A DNA stretch of 62,523 nt, the filler included, from Chiloscyllium plagiosum (lineage: Eukaryota), in the NCBI RefSeq assembly GCF_004010195.1. It is 5 parts of one record of this genome, joined end to end, with 100 filler letters (N's around TTAATTAATTAA, not from the genome) between each part and the next. Parts side by side here need not be neighbours in the genome. Positions count along the whole stretch, not along the records: positions 34,549 to 45,758 come from NC_057711.1; positions 45,859 to 56,232 come from NC_057711.1; 3 more parts are not named here. The stretch is one strand, 5' to 3'. The notes under the pieces were generated by a model. The model saw nothing but the letters and a program-made list of their open reading frames with translations. It had not been told where the DNA came from and searched no databases. Positions 37,405 through 50,828 of the stretch are shown one piece after another. The position numbers and the translations under genes were made by a program. How positions within the stretch are numbered: the first letter of the stretch is position 1; every line of letters starts with the position of its first letter.

Positions 37405-40400
37405 CTGAAATGAAAAGCACAATAGTTGATTTATAAATCATTACTATATAAAACAAATATTTATCAAAGGCACTATTACAATAAATCACTTGTCCCAGTT
37501 TTATACATTCCTTACTTAATTTGATTAAAATAATTCTAGCTACAACTTATATTTTAAGTAATGAATGTGTATAATGTTAACCTTCAAATTGAAAATTTTA
37601 ATGACGCACCAAAATATGTGGAAAATGTTTGGAATTTAGTTCTAAATCCCAGAGTTCTTTAATGAATATTAAAAGAAAGCATAAAGCACACACCTGCATA
37701 TACAGGATTTTATTTTTACATATTACAATTTAGCATGTGTTCCACCCAATGGAATCCTTAGTTAAAATATAAATAGTGACTTTGAAGTTGAATACAAAAT
37801 TGGCTGAATATCACTATTTGTTCACCAAATTGTTCTATTTTATTAATGTTAGAAACCTTAACACCAATGATCTTAAGCTACAATTCATTTTGTTTTGACA
37901 CCACAGATTTTGTTTTGATCCTGGCAGAAAGTAAAATAAAAATTATTTTACAGCAAACTAGCTCTGAATTCTTACCTACCTTTGTTGAAAATTTGCATGG
38001 TAGGTGCATATTACAAACAGATCAATTCTATTGAAATGTACTGCAATATAATCCACCACTGTTACCTAAGAGATTCAGTAGCTTCATGTTCAGCAACTTT
38101 AGATTTTTGTTCTCTGAAATGCTACAATTCCACACATTTAAGTTTAATTTCTGCATTCTTTATGTCACAAACAACCTAAATATCTACTGAACAGAAATTA
38201 CTTCACTTTGCCACATGGGGTCTCTATACCACAAGAAGCAAATATGAAGTTTGACGAGATACAAGGGCCCCTTTATTCATACTGGCTGTGAACTTGAAAA
38301 TCCTACACATTTGTGAATTTCAAATACGGGAAGTTGAATAAATCAAGAAAACAACATCTTTAATAAACTTATTGAAGAAAAGTAATCTGAGAATGCTGGA
38401 AATATTTAGAACATCAGGAAGTATTTGAGGATAGAGGAATAAGGGAATAAGGTTAACATCTTAGATCAGTGTATGACCTGATTTCCAGTATCTGTAGTAG
38501 TTTGCTTTTGTAAAATTAATCTGAAATTAGAAGGAAAACTCTCAATGAGCTATATGTCTCGATTTAAGAATTAACTTGGAATCCCATCTCACTACATGTA
38601 TTTGAAATATATTTCTCTGGTATTAATTTAAGGGTTCTCAGTCAACTCAAATGGTGACAAATAAAGTTCTGCATCTTCACAAATATTGCAGCAGCAATGA
38701 GAGTAATGGCAGTTGTAATGATGCTACAGTATCATTAGTAAATTCTCACTCAGGATCTACAGACTGGGGAGGATGTGCAGGGATAACGTGATACTGGCAG
38801 AGAAGGAAAATTACTGTAGAAATGGAAATTAATGAAAGACTGAAACAAAGAAAGGAAATAAAGTAAAGAAAGACAATTACATTTTATCTATTAATTTTAT
38901 AAAGCAATTTCAGACATAATGGGAACAAATGAAAAGCTGAGGTTACGCAAACATTAAATCTCCTTATAGGTCAGAAAATCTGGCTTGAGTAGGGACCTTG
39001 TAATTGTATTAACTTCAAAGCAAAAATTTGATCTTTTAGGACTCCTCCAACAATTTATTGTTTGTGAACATGAATCATATTTTTTCAGAATTTTGATGGT
39101 AAATGTGATGCAACAATCATATACATAATATTATATTTTTCTTGTCAGTGTACTGCAAAAATAATATTTGACTTTGACAATAACAATACACACAACAGCA
39201 GATTGGCAGCCTGTTTCACACTATGCTCTTTTTTTTAAAGACTGACATTAAAAAGTTAAAAAAAAGCAACTGTTAATTTGCTTTTGTTTTAATCTCGCCC
39301 ATGGTTCCCTCATGCAGCACACATAAACATGTTTGTTGCAAATACAGGAATCAATAGTTTAGTCACAGAAAATTGCACAATCTACACTGAAAAAGACAGA
39401 GATACTGCTCTTGATCAAAATCTTAGTAGACAGAAAGTCAAATCCAGAGACAGATATTATCACAAGGATACAGCATATATAGCTATAAGAGGTAAACACA
39501 AAACTTGGGTAATTCTGATGGTGTTTTGTGTGAACTTTTAAATTGGGCAGCTCATCTTCAAAGAACCAAAGATTAAAGGAACTTTTACTTTATGAGCTGG
39601 CACTAATAAAGGTGTGTTGGATTTGTTTTAAAATAGATTACCAAGACATTCTAACATAATTTAAATGCATTTAAACAACCAATAATTGTTTGGTGCTTAA
39701 AGTGCAGAATAATCATGAAAAAATGTTGACTCTTTCTTTGAACATGTTGAAACTCAGTTTCTGTGGCATGCATAATTATATAAATATACATTTAAAATAT
39801 TAAATCAAACAATTTGTCTATACATATTCAAATGACACAACGAGGAGGTTGTCATGCAAAACCAAATGAAATTTTTAAAAAGACTTTGTTCCCTTTTCAG
39901 TAAGAATAGTACAAACATTTATTGCTCTTCTGCCTACCAGTAATACGGTTTTCAATTTCTCCCTGCATTTGGAGGGAATCCACATAAATGCTTTGATTTC
40001 CAATGAATCGAGCACATGCAATTCCTCTGTATGGCTGACAGAATCCATCTTCATTGCCTTCATCACTGCAAAGGCATAATTGAATTTGTTGCAGTTAAAA
40101 CCTACCATGTTCGGGATATCAAAAAGATAAATGACTGGATTTATTTTTGTCTTACTGTATCTGGTTTTGGGCATGTTTGAGAGCAACACACCCCTGCCCC
40201 ACCAGTGAGACATATTGCCAGATTAAACAGTTAACTGACAGTCCTCTTGACCAGTTAATCCTGGGGCAGAGATTTCCTAATCCTACCTGAAGCCACTGAA
40301 GTCAAAGACTGCAGCCAATGTGAGCAGCAGCGATCTGTGAAAGTTTTAAGCTGCAAGCTAAGTAGCAGTGCCGAAGACTTACACCAGAGAAAAGATATGA

Positions 40401-42534
40401 CTTAATTTGGGGAAGAGGAGGAATTTACAGGTCAGTGTCATTGGGAGTCAAAAGCAAGGACAGGGGTGTGGCTTTCTCAGTTGTGGACTCAGGAAAAATG
40501 TACATGTTGGTGGAAAAGAGAGCTGAATTAAAGCTGCTTTTACTCCATACAAGAACAATGCTAGGTTGCAATTCTTAATGTGAGGGTTGTGCATAGCCAG
40601 CTATAAGCAGAGAAACCCACATGTTACTGAGGCTTCCTGTGAGCCACAGTTAACAAAAATGGCATGCCTATTTTCAGTTTGCACTGTTTGTTTAAGACCT
40701 GTGTGTCAATAACTAACAGTGCAGCACATATGCAGTGTAAATTGAAAACAATTTTAGTAATGTTATTACTGAGAGCCAAAATTCATATAAGCCACCAGTA
40801 TAATAGTGATCAAATGTGTGCCAAAGTCAAGGATGTGGTTTCTCCCCTTGAGGTTTACTGAATGTCAGTCATTTATGAGAGGATATTATCATTTGTCAGA
40901 TAGAAGATGATATGAGAAGTCTCAAAATAGTTCCAAACCTGGGCATTTCCTTGAGGTAACTGTACTTGAGGTAGAAAGGGAACAGCAAAATGTAAATAAA
41001 AAGTATCAATTGTATAATCTTGTGACCGTTATTACTAATTTTGAAGTACCTCAGAAAAATGTTTCACACTTATCAGGAACAACTTTTGGGAAGATTCAAG
41101 GTCAATATTAAGCTACACAAATAGAAAGAGAAAATGCTGTAAGTTGCACAACATATCAATTGATTATTTGCTTAGGGTTAAGAGGAGTCAAGTCTAGAAA
41201 AGTGGTTATTGTTGATAGGAAGACCAGTTTGCAGAAAATTCTGAACGGACATTATTTTCTAAGCAGTCTCATGCAAACCATTGTGCTGTTGAGGTCATTG
41301 GTTCTGGAGATAAACTGGAACAGAAGTTCTCAAGGGCCATGGAGAGGCCCCAGGATTGGGTACATGAGGTTTCCTAAATTAGCATGAGGTCACAAAGATG
41401 GCATAGAAAGTGACAAATGGATGACGGGGTGTGAGGGGTAAAGACTTAAAATGTGACAAAACCACTGGGATAAACTGCCAGAAAATAAAAGTGAGTCTTT
41501 TAACCAACCCACATAAGCACCTTGTGGTCACTTATGTTTTGCTTCTGGGGTGACAGGCCAAACATCTTCCTTCATTTCCCTGGAGCAAACATAGCACAAA
41601 GTAGCAATTTATACTCAGTTGGTCATTGAACTACCTGTCTCAATAGCAAAAAGCTGAACCCTAGTATTTGCAATTTTTCTTCTAATTTGTTCAGAGATTA
41701 TGGGCAATGTCTCAAAGCATGATTAATTCCCCATTCCTTGTTGCCTTTCAAAGGATGTAGGCCTTGTGGTGATACCACTCTTGCTAACATATACCAATCC
41801 AGCAACAATGACGAAGCTATGACACATTATAAGTCAGGATGATGTGACTGAAGCATAAAATTTATGGATGATGGTATTCCCATCATTTTACTACTTATTT
41901 TCATATTTGGCGTCAGTGGTTGTCGGGCTGGGAAGCATTTTTTGAACTAAGCACGTGAGTTGCTGCAGTTCACTGGATAGGAAGTACATGCCATTTCAGC
42001 AGTGGTGACATCCAAGAAAATTGCTTTGTTTTAGATGGTGTTTAGCTTTGAGCTGACCCAGGTTAAATGGTGAATCATAAGTCTGACAAGCCCTGTAGAA
42101 AGATGATTGAGACACTTCCAGGCATCAAGAAGTGAACTAATCATCACACAATACTCTGGTGCTATCCTGCTCCTGTAGCCTTAATGTGGATATGGTTGGC
42201 TCACTTTGTCAAAAAAAATTAATCATGCAGTGAAACAAAGTGCCATGAAAATCTGGGGCCACCTCCACGCGCATCTAAGGAGTAGTCGGATGGCTGGAAA
42301 CTATAAATAATGATGTAGTTGGAAAATGCAAATGCAACTTTAAAATTTAGCAAACCGCTTTTAGAAAATAAACTTCATCTTGTTTTTATTTTCATGAAGG
42401 TTACATCTGCAATTTAACACTATGATAATTACATACAGGGAAACAAAATACCAGAACAGGTGACAATAAAGCTTTCAATCTGCACAATCACCAGGGTCAC
42501 TGACCTGACAGCACTGGCACCTCCACATCATGGC

Positions 42535-43265
42535 AACTACAGTATATAAGACTTTGGCCACGTTTGGAGTACTGTGCCCAGTTCTGGTTACTGCACTATA
42601 GGAAGGACGTGGAGGTTTTGGAGAGGGTGTAAAAGAGGTTTATCAGGATGTTGCCTGGATTGGAGTTGTTATGGACCAGACCAGACCCCTCTCAAAATAG
42701 TTTAAGAAGGTAGCCAATATAGTAATATCACATAAACATACCCCCTGGCAAAAAGATAAATTCAGACACAGATTCTTACAGGCAGTTCTCTAATTCAGAA
42801 AGAAACAAGATCAAGAGAGATTTCAGAGAAAGTAGAAGTTAGGGATCATTTACTGAAGCTCCAACTCTTCTGAGACCCAATCAGGTCCTGACTGCTACAG
42901 CTAAAGAAACTGGAAAGCCTGATCTGTGAGAACTGGCCACTCCCCTTTTATTATTACAACTTTTAAAAAAAAATAAAATCTAAAGGACTCCTAAATTATT
43001 GACTTAAGCCGCCTTCAGTAGCCACTTCGGCACCTCTGCCTTTGCAATCTCTCTTCAAAAAAAAACCCAGAACAAAATAACCTCTTTAAAGTGACAGCAT
43101 TGTCACAGAGTGTATTAGCTATAAGGAGAGACAAACTTAGATTGTTTTCATTAAAGCTTTGGAGGCTGAGGGGTGGCCAGATGGAAATATATAAAATGAT
43201 GAGCGCCATGGTATGGTATAGAGGTGGACATTCGGAGTCTCTTTCCCAGGATGGAAATATCAAAG
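42535..43265 (+). mobile_element. CR1 3' fragment split by a solo LTR
   Basis: LEYCAQFW-type segment before the LTR and LRLFSLKLWRLRGGQMEIYKMM after it. Confidence 0.75.
42667..43107 (-). mobile_element. Solo LTR (Gypsy/Gmr1-related), 441 bp
   Basis: TGT...ACA termini and a 4-bp TSD GAGT (42663-42666 / 43108-43111). The reverse-complement start resembles 5095-5170. Confidence 0.85.
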
Positions 43266-43641
43266 GACATTGGCTACTGCAGAAAATGTATAGTATTTAC
43301 ACAAAACACAAACTATTTGAACCTATGCCTCTGTCTCCAGGCAAAGAGAATTCAACCATCCATAACTGATCTTGGAAGAAACTTCAATGTTAACAGTTTG
43401 TATGGATTTGGAACATCTGTAATTCTTTTTCCCTGAATTTAACTCTTACTTGGTCAAAATACTTTTAAGACAATAGTGTGAAATTTTAATTTGTTCTCCT
43501 GAGGCTCGGAGGTTATGTGTGCAGTGTGTGCATTAATACCTTTTGCTAAAAATCTTCACTTGATTGAGTTTTTCTTTCCAAAACACTTGTTATTTATTTG
43601 TTAATTTAAGGAACCTGGTTGACTTGTTCATAAAAGCCTAA

Positions 43642-43679
43642 AGTTCTGAGGAAGGGTCAATGGACATGAAACGTTAACT
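43642..43679 (+). ncRNA. Hammerhead motif heading a short Penelope-like repeat (to ~43770)
   Basis: AGUU-CUGAGGA-A-GGGUC-AAUG-GACAU-GAAA-CG-UU-AACU: 4-bp stem I, one stem II mismatch. Confidence 0.7.
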
Positions 43680-44777
43680 CTGATTTCTCTCCACAGAAGC
43701 TGCCAGACCTGCTGAGCTTTTCCAGCAATTTCGTTTTTTTTTCCTGATTTACAGCATCCACAGTTCCTTTAGCTCACTGGTGCACGTCTCTAAGCATGCC
43801 CACTTTAAAGAAGTTCTGTTCCTCTCTCTGACAGGATTTCCATTTCAATCTTTTTTCTTGTCCACTGTCATTAATTTCACTGTCACACCTGGTGTTTGAC
43901 CAAGTATCCATCCCTGACCTGCCTCAGTGATGTTCAATTCTCCTGGTGAGTCTGCCAACTTTCCAGCTCTAATGGTGGCCAAGATCATAGACCACCTACA
44001 ACCAGCTGCTCAAGCTGTAGCAATGCCAGTTACTTTCCCCTCAGCCACTTTGTTGTCTACAAGGTAGAGGGGATAACACTGAAATCCAGCTGGAGGATTT
44101 CAACTAAAGGGTGACAGGCAGAGGATCAGTTTACTCAAGACATCTGTGCAGCAGCCTCCTGCTAACTGTGCCTCTTTTCCAGGAATTCCCAATTGCCACC
44201 AAAGAGTTTGCCATTGGATTAAAAACTGGCTGTGTGGTATAGGTACAAGAGGACAATAGATTGAGGGTGAGAATGAGTTTTGTCTATTCAGAAAGTGTTT
44301 GAGATACCTGGAGAGAAAGGAATTAGTTGATCTGGAAAGTATGTTGTGATATGCAGGAGAATGTACTGTGAAGCTTAATGCCTGGCAGTATCACACGACT
44401 CACACGTCATACCCTCCTGAGATCCAGGAACCACAGCGAATCATCTCTAGGTTAGAGTGATCAAACGTCTACTGCTGACTTCCTTGATCACTTGCAACTA
44501 TTCTTGCTTGATCGGAGATGTAGTTCTCTTCCTCTCACCCTTGAGAGAGCTCACCTTTCTGCTGCTTTCCAGATCACCTTGCAGGACCTGGGGCAGAGAC
44601 AGGCGGTCTTCCCTGTACTCCTCTCCATTCCTGTGGCTGATGCAGCCTGGACAATCCAAATTCTAGTGAACCATGGTGTGCTCCTTTATTATTTGAAATC
44701 CTTGCTGTGACAGAATGGACAAGCCATCCTCACAACAATCTCGGGAAACCCAGAGTTGGCAGGATAACTAGATTAGA

Positions 44778-45115
44778 GCTGAAAATGTGTTGCTGGAAAA
44801 GCACAGCAGGTCAGGCAGCATCCAAGGAGCAGGAGAATCGACATTTACGTTTGGTATGTTGCCTCCCAGGTGCAAGGGTACGTGATGTCTCTGATTGTGT
44901 TTTCCGGGTCCTGGAGGGGGAGGGGGAGCAGCCCGAAGTCGTGGTCCATATTGGCACCAACGACATAGGTAGGAGGAGTGCCGAGGATGTTAGACAGGCT
45001 TTCAGGGAGCTAGGTTGGAAGCTCAGAGACATCACGTACCCTTGCACCTGAGAGGCAACATACCAAACGTGAGTCTCCCTCGTTCCCACAAAACCGCCTA
45101 TCTGTGCCCCGAACA
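44778..45115. mobile_element. Family-B Penelope-like fragment fused to an inverted-duplicated CR1 ORF1 esterase (SGNH) fragment
   Basis: VCCLPGARVRDVS..PEVVVHIGTNDIG, with 48-bp inverted arms at 44847-44894 / 45023-45070. Confidence 0.8.
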
Positions 45116-45758
45116 GATATTCTTGTGTTGGCATTTGTTTTGATATTCTTGTGTTGGTTTTAACCCTCAAGTTTGATTGCAATCACCTGTTATTCTTTTT
45201 ATCGATAAAGGTTATTTCCTTCACACTCTCCTCATGGTCTTATTACCGCAGGGATTAATCTCGTGAAACTCCTTTATGTTGTCTCTCTGTGGCATGGAGA
45301 CCTTTCCATATGAATGACGGACAAACTGTCCACAGTTCCCCAAGTACTTTTTGAACAGCACTCGACTACTACATAAAGACTTCTTCACTGTTTCACTTTA
45401 AACAATTTGCAATGATGGACTGCACACGATTCCCTGTGCTGATTATTTGTTGTCAGATATGAAATCTGTTAATAACTCATGACGAAGGACATTTTCGCTA
45501 AACGCTCATCTGATCCTCAAACCTCTAATAAATGCAAAATTAAGAAGGATGGTGTTTTTTGCCAAAATATTTATTTGCCTTTCAAACAGCTGTGCTTCAA
45601 ACGCAGCCATGTCAACTGCAACATCCACTATCGACAATGGAGCTGCTTGGAGATGCTGGGTAAGCGATGGCCTCGCACTTTTCCATCTGGATTATTAATC
45701 CAGCGAACCAGGTCATGGTGCGGAGATCAGATTCGAATCCCACCACGGCAATTGGTGG

Positions 45759-45858
45759 NNNNNNNNNNNNNNNNNNNNNNNNNNNNNNNNNNNNNNNNNN
45801 NNTTAATTAATTAANNNNNNNNNNNNNNNNNNNNNNNNNNNNNNNNNNNNNNNNNNNN
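45759..45858. other. Artificial contig linker
   Basis: 44N-TTAATTAATTAA-44N. Confidence 0.98.
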
Positions 45859-48197
45859 GATAGCCAGAGACTATTTCCCAGGGCAGAAATGGCTAACACA
45901 AGGGGTCATAGTTTTAAGCTGGTTGGAGGAAAGTATAGAGGGGATGTGAGAGCATGGAATGCGTTGCCAGCAGCAGTTGTGGAAGCAAGGTCATTGGGGA
46001 CATTTAAGAGACTGCTGGACACGCATATGGTCACAGAAATTTGAGGGTGCATACATGAGGATCAATGGTTGGCACAACATCGTGGGCTGAAGGGCCTGTT
46101 CTGTGCTGTACTATTCTATGTTATATGTTATATGAGGAACAAGAGGATGGCAGAGTGAGGGTAGGGCCGATCAGCGTTAGTAGAGGGAACTTGTGCCTGG
46201 AGTCAGAGGAAGTAGGAGAAGTCCTTAACGAATATTTTGCTTCAGTATTCACTACTGAGAGATACCTTGATATTTTTAAAGACAGCGTGAAACAGGCTGA
46301 TATGCTCAAATAAGTTGATGTTAAGAAAGAGGATATGCTGGAAGTTTTGAAAAACATGAAGATCGCAAAGTCCCCTGGACCAGACAAGATATACCCAAGG
46401 TTACTACGGAAGCAAGGGAAGAGATTGCTGCGCCTTTGGTGATGATCTTTGCATCCTGACTGTCCACTAGAGTAGTACCAGATGATTGGAGGATCGCAAC
46501 TGTTATTCCCTTGTTCAAGAAAGGGAATAGGGATAACTCCTGGAATTACAAATCAGTCAGTCCTATGTCGATGGTGGGCAAATTATTGGAGAGGATTCTG
46601 AGAGACAGGATTTATGATTATTTGGAAAAGCATAGCTTGGTTAGAGACAGTCAACATGGCTTTGTAAGGGGCAGGTCATGCCTCACAAGCCTTATTGAAT
46701 TCTTTGAGGATGTGACAAATCTCATTGATGAAGGTAAAGCAATGGTTAGGCTCATTCAGGAAGTAAGGAGGCATGGGATACAGGGAAATTTGACCGTATC
46801 AATACAGAATTGGCTGGGCCTTGGAAGAGAGAGTGTGGTAGTAGATGTATTTAGCTTGGTAGTATTTAGTGTAGTAGTAGAAGTACTTAGCCTGGAGCTC
46901 AGTGATCAGTGGTGTTCCACGGGGATCTCTTCTGGGACCTCTGCTCTTTCTGACTTTTATAAATGACTTGGATGAAGAAATGGAAGGGTGGGTGAGTAAG
47001 TTTGTCAATTACATGAAGGTTGGTAGAGTTGTGGATAGTGTCCAGGACTATTTTAGGTTGCAATGGGACATTGACAGGATGCAGAGCTGGGCTGAGAAGT
47101 GATAGATGGAATTCAACTTGGAAAAGTGTGAATGTCAAATTCAAATGCAGATTATTGGGCTAAAGGCAGGGTTCTTGGCAGCATGGAAGAACCGAGAGAT
47201 CTTGGGTTCCACATCCATAGATCCCTCAAAGTTGCCACCCAAATTCACAGGGTTGTTAAGCAGGCATATTTTGTTGTCTTTCATTAGCAGGGGGATTGAG
47301 TTTAAGAGCTGCAAGGTTATACTGCAGTACATAAAGCCCTGGTTAGACCACACTTGGAATATTGTGTTCAGTTCAAATCACCTCATTATGGGCAGGATGT
47401 GGAAGCTTTAGAATGGGTGCAGAGGAGATTTAACAGGATGTTGTTTGGACTGGGGAGCATGTCTTATAAAGAAAGGCTAGGGGAGCTAAGGCTTTTCTCA
47501 TTGGAGTGAAGAAGGATAAAAGTGCCTTGATAGAGGTGTACAAGATGATGACAGGCTTAGATAAGTGGATAGCCATAGACCTTTTCTCAGGGCGGAAATG
47601 GCTAACATGAGGGAGCATAATTTAAGGGATTGGAGAAAGGTTTAGGGGAGATGTCAAGAGACAGATTCTTTACACACAGAGTGGTGGGTGTGTGAAATGC
47701 ATTGCCAGCAGTGGTTAGCACTGCTGCCTCACATTGCCAGGAACCCGGGTTAGGTTCCAGTCTCGGGGGACTGTCTGTGTGGAGTTTGCACATTCTCCCC
47801 GTGTTTGCGTGGGTTTGCTCCCACAGCCCAAAAATGCGCAGTCCAAAACATGCTAAATTGCCTGTAGTGATCAGGGACGTGGAAGTTAGGTGCATTAGTC
47901 AGGGGTAAATGTAGAGTAGTAGGGTCAAGGGAATGGGTGTGGGTGGGATACTCTTTGGAGGATTGGTGTGGATTTGTTGAGGCTAATGGCCGGTTTCCAC
48001 ACTGTAGGAATTCTATTCCAAAGTAAGATACATTAGTGACATTTAAGCGACTCTTTGATAGGCACATGGATGATAGTAAAAGGAAGGGTATATAGGTTAG
48101 TTTGATCTTAGAGTAGGATAAAAGATTGGCATAACGTTGAGGGCCAAAGGGCCTGTACTGTGCTGTACTGTTCTATATTCTATGTTTGTATGTTCTA
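45859..48197 (+). mobile_element. Tandem CR1/HER1 fragments (a 3' end, then RT to 3' end) with a V-SINE at ~47705-48015
   Basis: LNEYFASVFT, FKKGNRD..SQHGFVRGRSCLTSLIEFFE, SGVPRGSLLGPLLF. Confidence 0.9.
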
Positions 48198-48199
48198 AG

Positions 48200-50246
48200 C
48201 TGCATACAACATCATCGAAGCCAATGTCTACAGGTTCAGGACACCATGGAGTCAGTGAACTGGTCCATACTCAACAACTCTGCAACCAACGTAAATACGT
48301 ATTCCACTAGGTTGTGTGTAGAGGATTGCGTGCCAGAAGAACTTAATCTGATTGTTCCCCAGTTGAAAACTACAGATGAACCGGAAGATCCATTCCCTAC
48401 TGAAGTCTAGATCTGAGGCATTCAACTCAGATAACCCTGGTCAATACAAGAAACGTCGGTGCGATTTTCGCAGTGATCAGAGATACCAAGAGACAATGTC
48501 AGATGCACCCACCACTCTCTGTGTAAAGAACCTACCTCTGACATATCCCCCAAACCTTTCTTCAATCACCTTAAATTAGAGTCTATGATAAACCACATGG
48601 ACACATATCGACTGTAGCAAGGCTTACACAATATAACTACAAAGCAAAGAATCACTGACAACAGTGCATCCCTCCCGGATAAGCAAATATATACTATGCT
48701 CGTTTTGAGTGGTCAGTGAAATGATATTACCTGCCCCAACAGCTTCGGGTGTACCCGTACCTACAGTCACTGCTGCAGACTTGGTCTTTTTGAGGGTGAA
48801 TCCATGGAAAGCAAGTGGCCTAGATGGAGCCCCCAACTCTCCATTCAGAGCCTGTGTGGACCAGCTGCCAGGTGTATTTGACATCATCTTTAACTTCTTA
48901 CTACAATGCGAGGTTCCCACCTACCTCATCCAGTGCCAAAGAAAAATCAGGCATTAATGATTAAAATTCATGACTACCGCCCGGTGATTCTGACATCTAT
49001 AAATATGAAATGCTTCAAGTGATTAGTAATGGCTCACATCAACTCCATCTCACAGACTGCCTTGATCCTCTCCAATTTGCCAACTGTCACAATAGGTCCA
49101 CAGCAGATGCCATCTCTCTGGTCTGAATCTCAAAGCTGGAACATTTGGATAATGAAGACATCTACATTAGACTCCTATTTATTGACTTTAGCCTTGCCTT
49201 CAACACCATAATTCCATCTGAACTCATCTCCAAACTCTGAGACCTAGGACTCTGTTCTCCCCTCTGCAACTGGATCCTACACTTCCTGATCCACAGACTG
49301 CAAACAGTAAGGATAGGTGACAATACCTCCTTCATAACAACCCTCAACGCTGGTGCCCTGCAAGGCTGCATACTCAGCCTCTTACCATACTCCTTTTACA
49401 CTCATGATGGTGTGATCAAATTCAGCTGTAACTCCAATTACAAATTTGCTGATGAGACCACTGTTGTGGGTCAGATCTCAAACAACGATGAGGCAGATTA
49501 CATGAGGACTTAGAGGTATGGTATAAAGACAACAACCTTTCCCTCAATGTCAGCAAAATGAAGGAGCTGGTCATTGACTTCAGGGAGCAGAGTGGAGAAC
49601 ATACCCCTGTCTGTATTAATGGTGCTCAGGTGGAGATGGTCGACAGCTTCAAGTTCCTAGGAATAAATATCACCATTGACCGATCCTGCTCCATTCTCAT
49701 CAATGCTACAGTCAAGAAAGCACACCAATGCCTCTACTGCTTCAGAAAGCTAAGAAAATTTGGCATGTCTTTCATGGCTCTGACCAATTTTTATAGATAT
49801 ACTATCGAAAGCAGCCTATATGGCAACTGCTCTGCCCAAGACCACAAGAAATTACAGTCCATCATGAAAACCAGCCTATCTTCCACTGATTCCACCTGCA
49901 CCTCCAACTGCCTCAGGAAAACAGGAAGTATAATCAAGGACCCCTCCCCGATTATACTCTCTTCCACCCTCTTCCAGTAGGCAGACGATACAAAAGTTTG
50001 AAAATATATACTAACAGGTTTAAGAACAGCTTCTTCCCCACAGTTATCAGACTTATGAACTGACCTTTCATATATTAGAGTTTATAATTCTCTGCACCTT
50101 CTCTGTAGCTGTAACACTGTAATCTGCATTCTATTCTATTACCCTGATGTACTTATGTAAGGTGTGACTTGTCTAGTCTCCATATAAAATAATACTTTTC
50201 ACCGTATCTCACTTTATGTGACAATGACAAATCAAATCAAATCAAA
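48200..50246 (+). mobile_element. Rex1/Babar-type LINE, decayed, with (AAATC)n tail
   Basis: RACVDQL, the KFADETT region, KELVIDFR..VEMVDSFKFLG..KKAHQCLYCFRKLRKFGMS. Confidence 0.88.
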
Positions 50247-50828
50247 CAATCGAACAGAAGAAATTACTTGGAGCAGACTTCCAAATAAAGCAATTAAAAA
50301 AAATACTTGTTTCCAAGAGCAGTTGGTACCTGGGACTTCATCGTTGTGGTCATTCCAGAGACATAGATAGAGCAGGGACAGGAACGGTTGTTGCAGGTTC
50401 TGGGGTTTAGATGTTTCATTAAGAACAGTGAAGGTGGTAAAAGAGGGGGAGTTAGAGTTTATAATTCTCTGCACCTTCTCTGTAGCTGTAACACTGTAAT
50501 CTGCATTCTACTCTATTACCCTGATGTACTTATGTAAGGTATGACTTGTCTAGTCTCCATATAAAATAATACTTTTCACCGTATCTCGCTTTATGTGACA
50601 ATGACAAATCAAATCAAATCAAACAATCGAACAGAAGAAATTACTTGGCGCAGACTTCCAAATAAAGCAATTAAAAAAAATACTTATTTCCAAGAGCAGT
50701 TGGTACCTGGGACTTCATCGTTCTGGTCATTCCAGAGACATAGATAGAGCAGGGACAGGAATGGTTGTTGCAGGTTCTGGGGTTTAGATGTTTCATTAAG
50801 AACAGTGAAGGTGGTAAACGAGGGGGAG
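50075..50828 (+). repeat. 377-bp tandem duplication (2 copies)
   Basis: TTAGAGTTTATAATTCTCTGCACC...AGGGGGAG starts at 50075 and at 50452, with a few substitutions. Confidence 0.93.

Noticed and set aside
37055..37489. The 144-aa ORF as a stand-alone gene
   Set aside because: Both ends are intronic read-through; only 37090-37404 is bounded by splice sites and matches ROR2.
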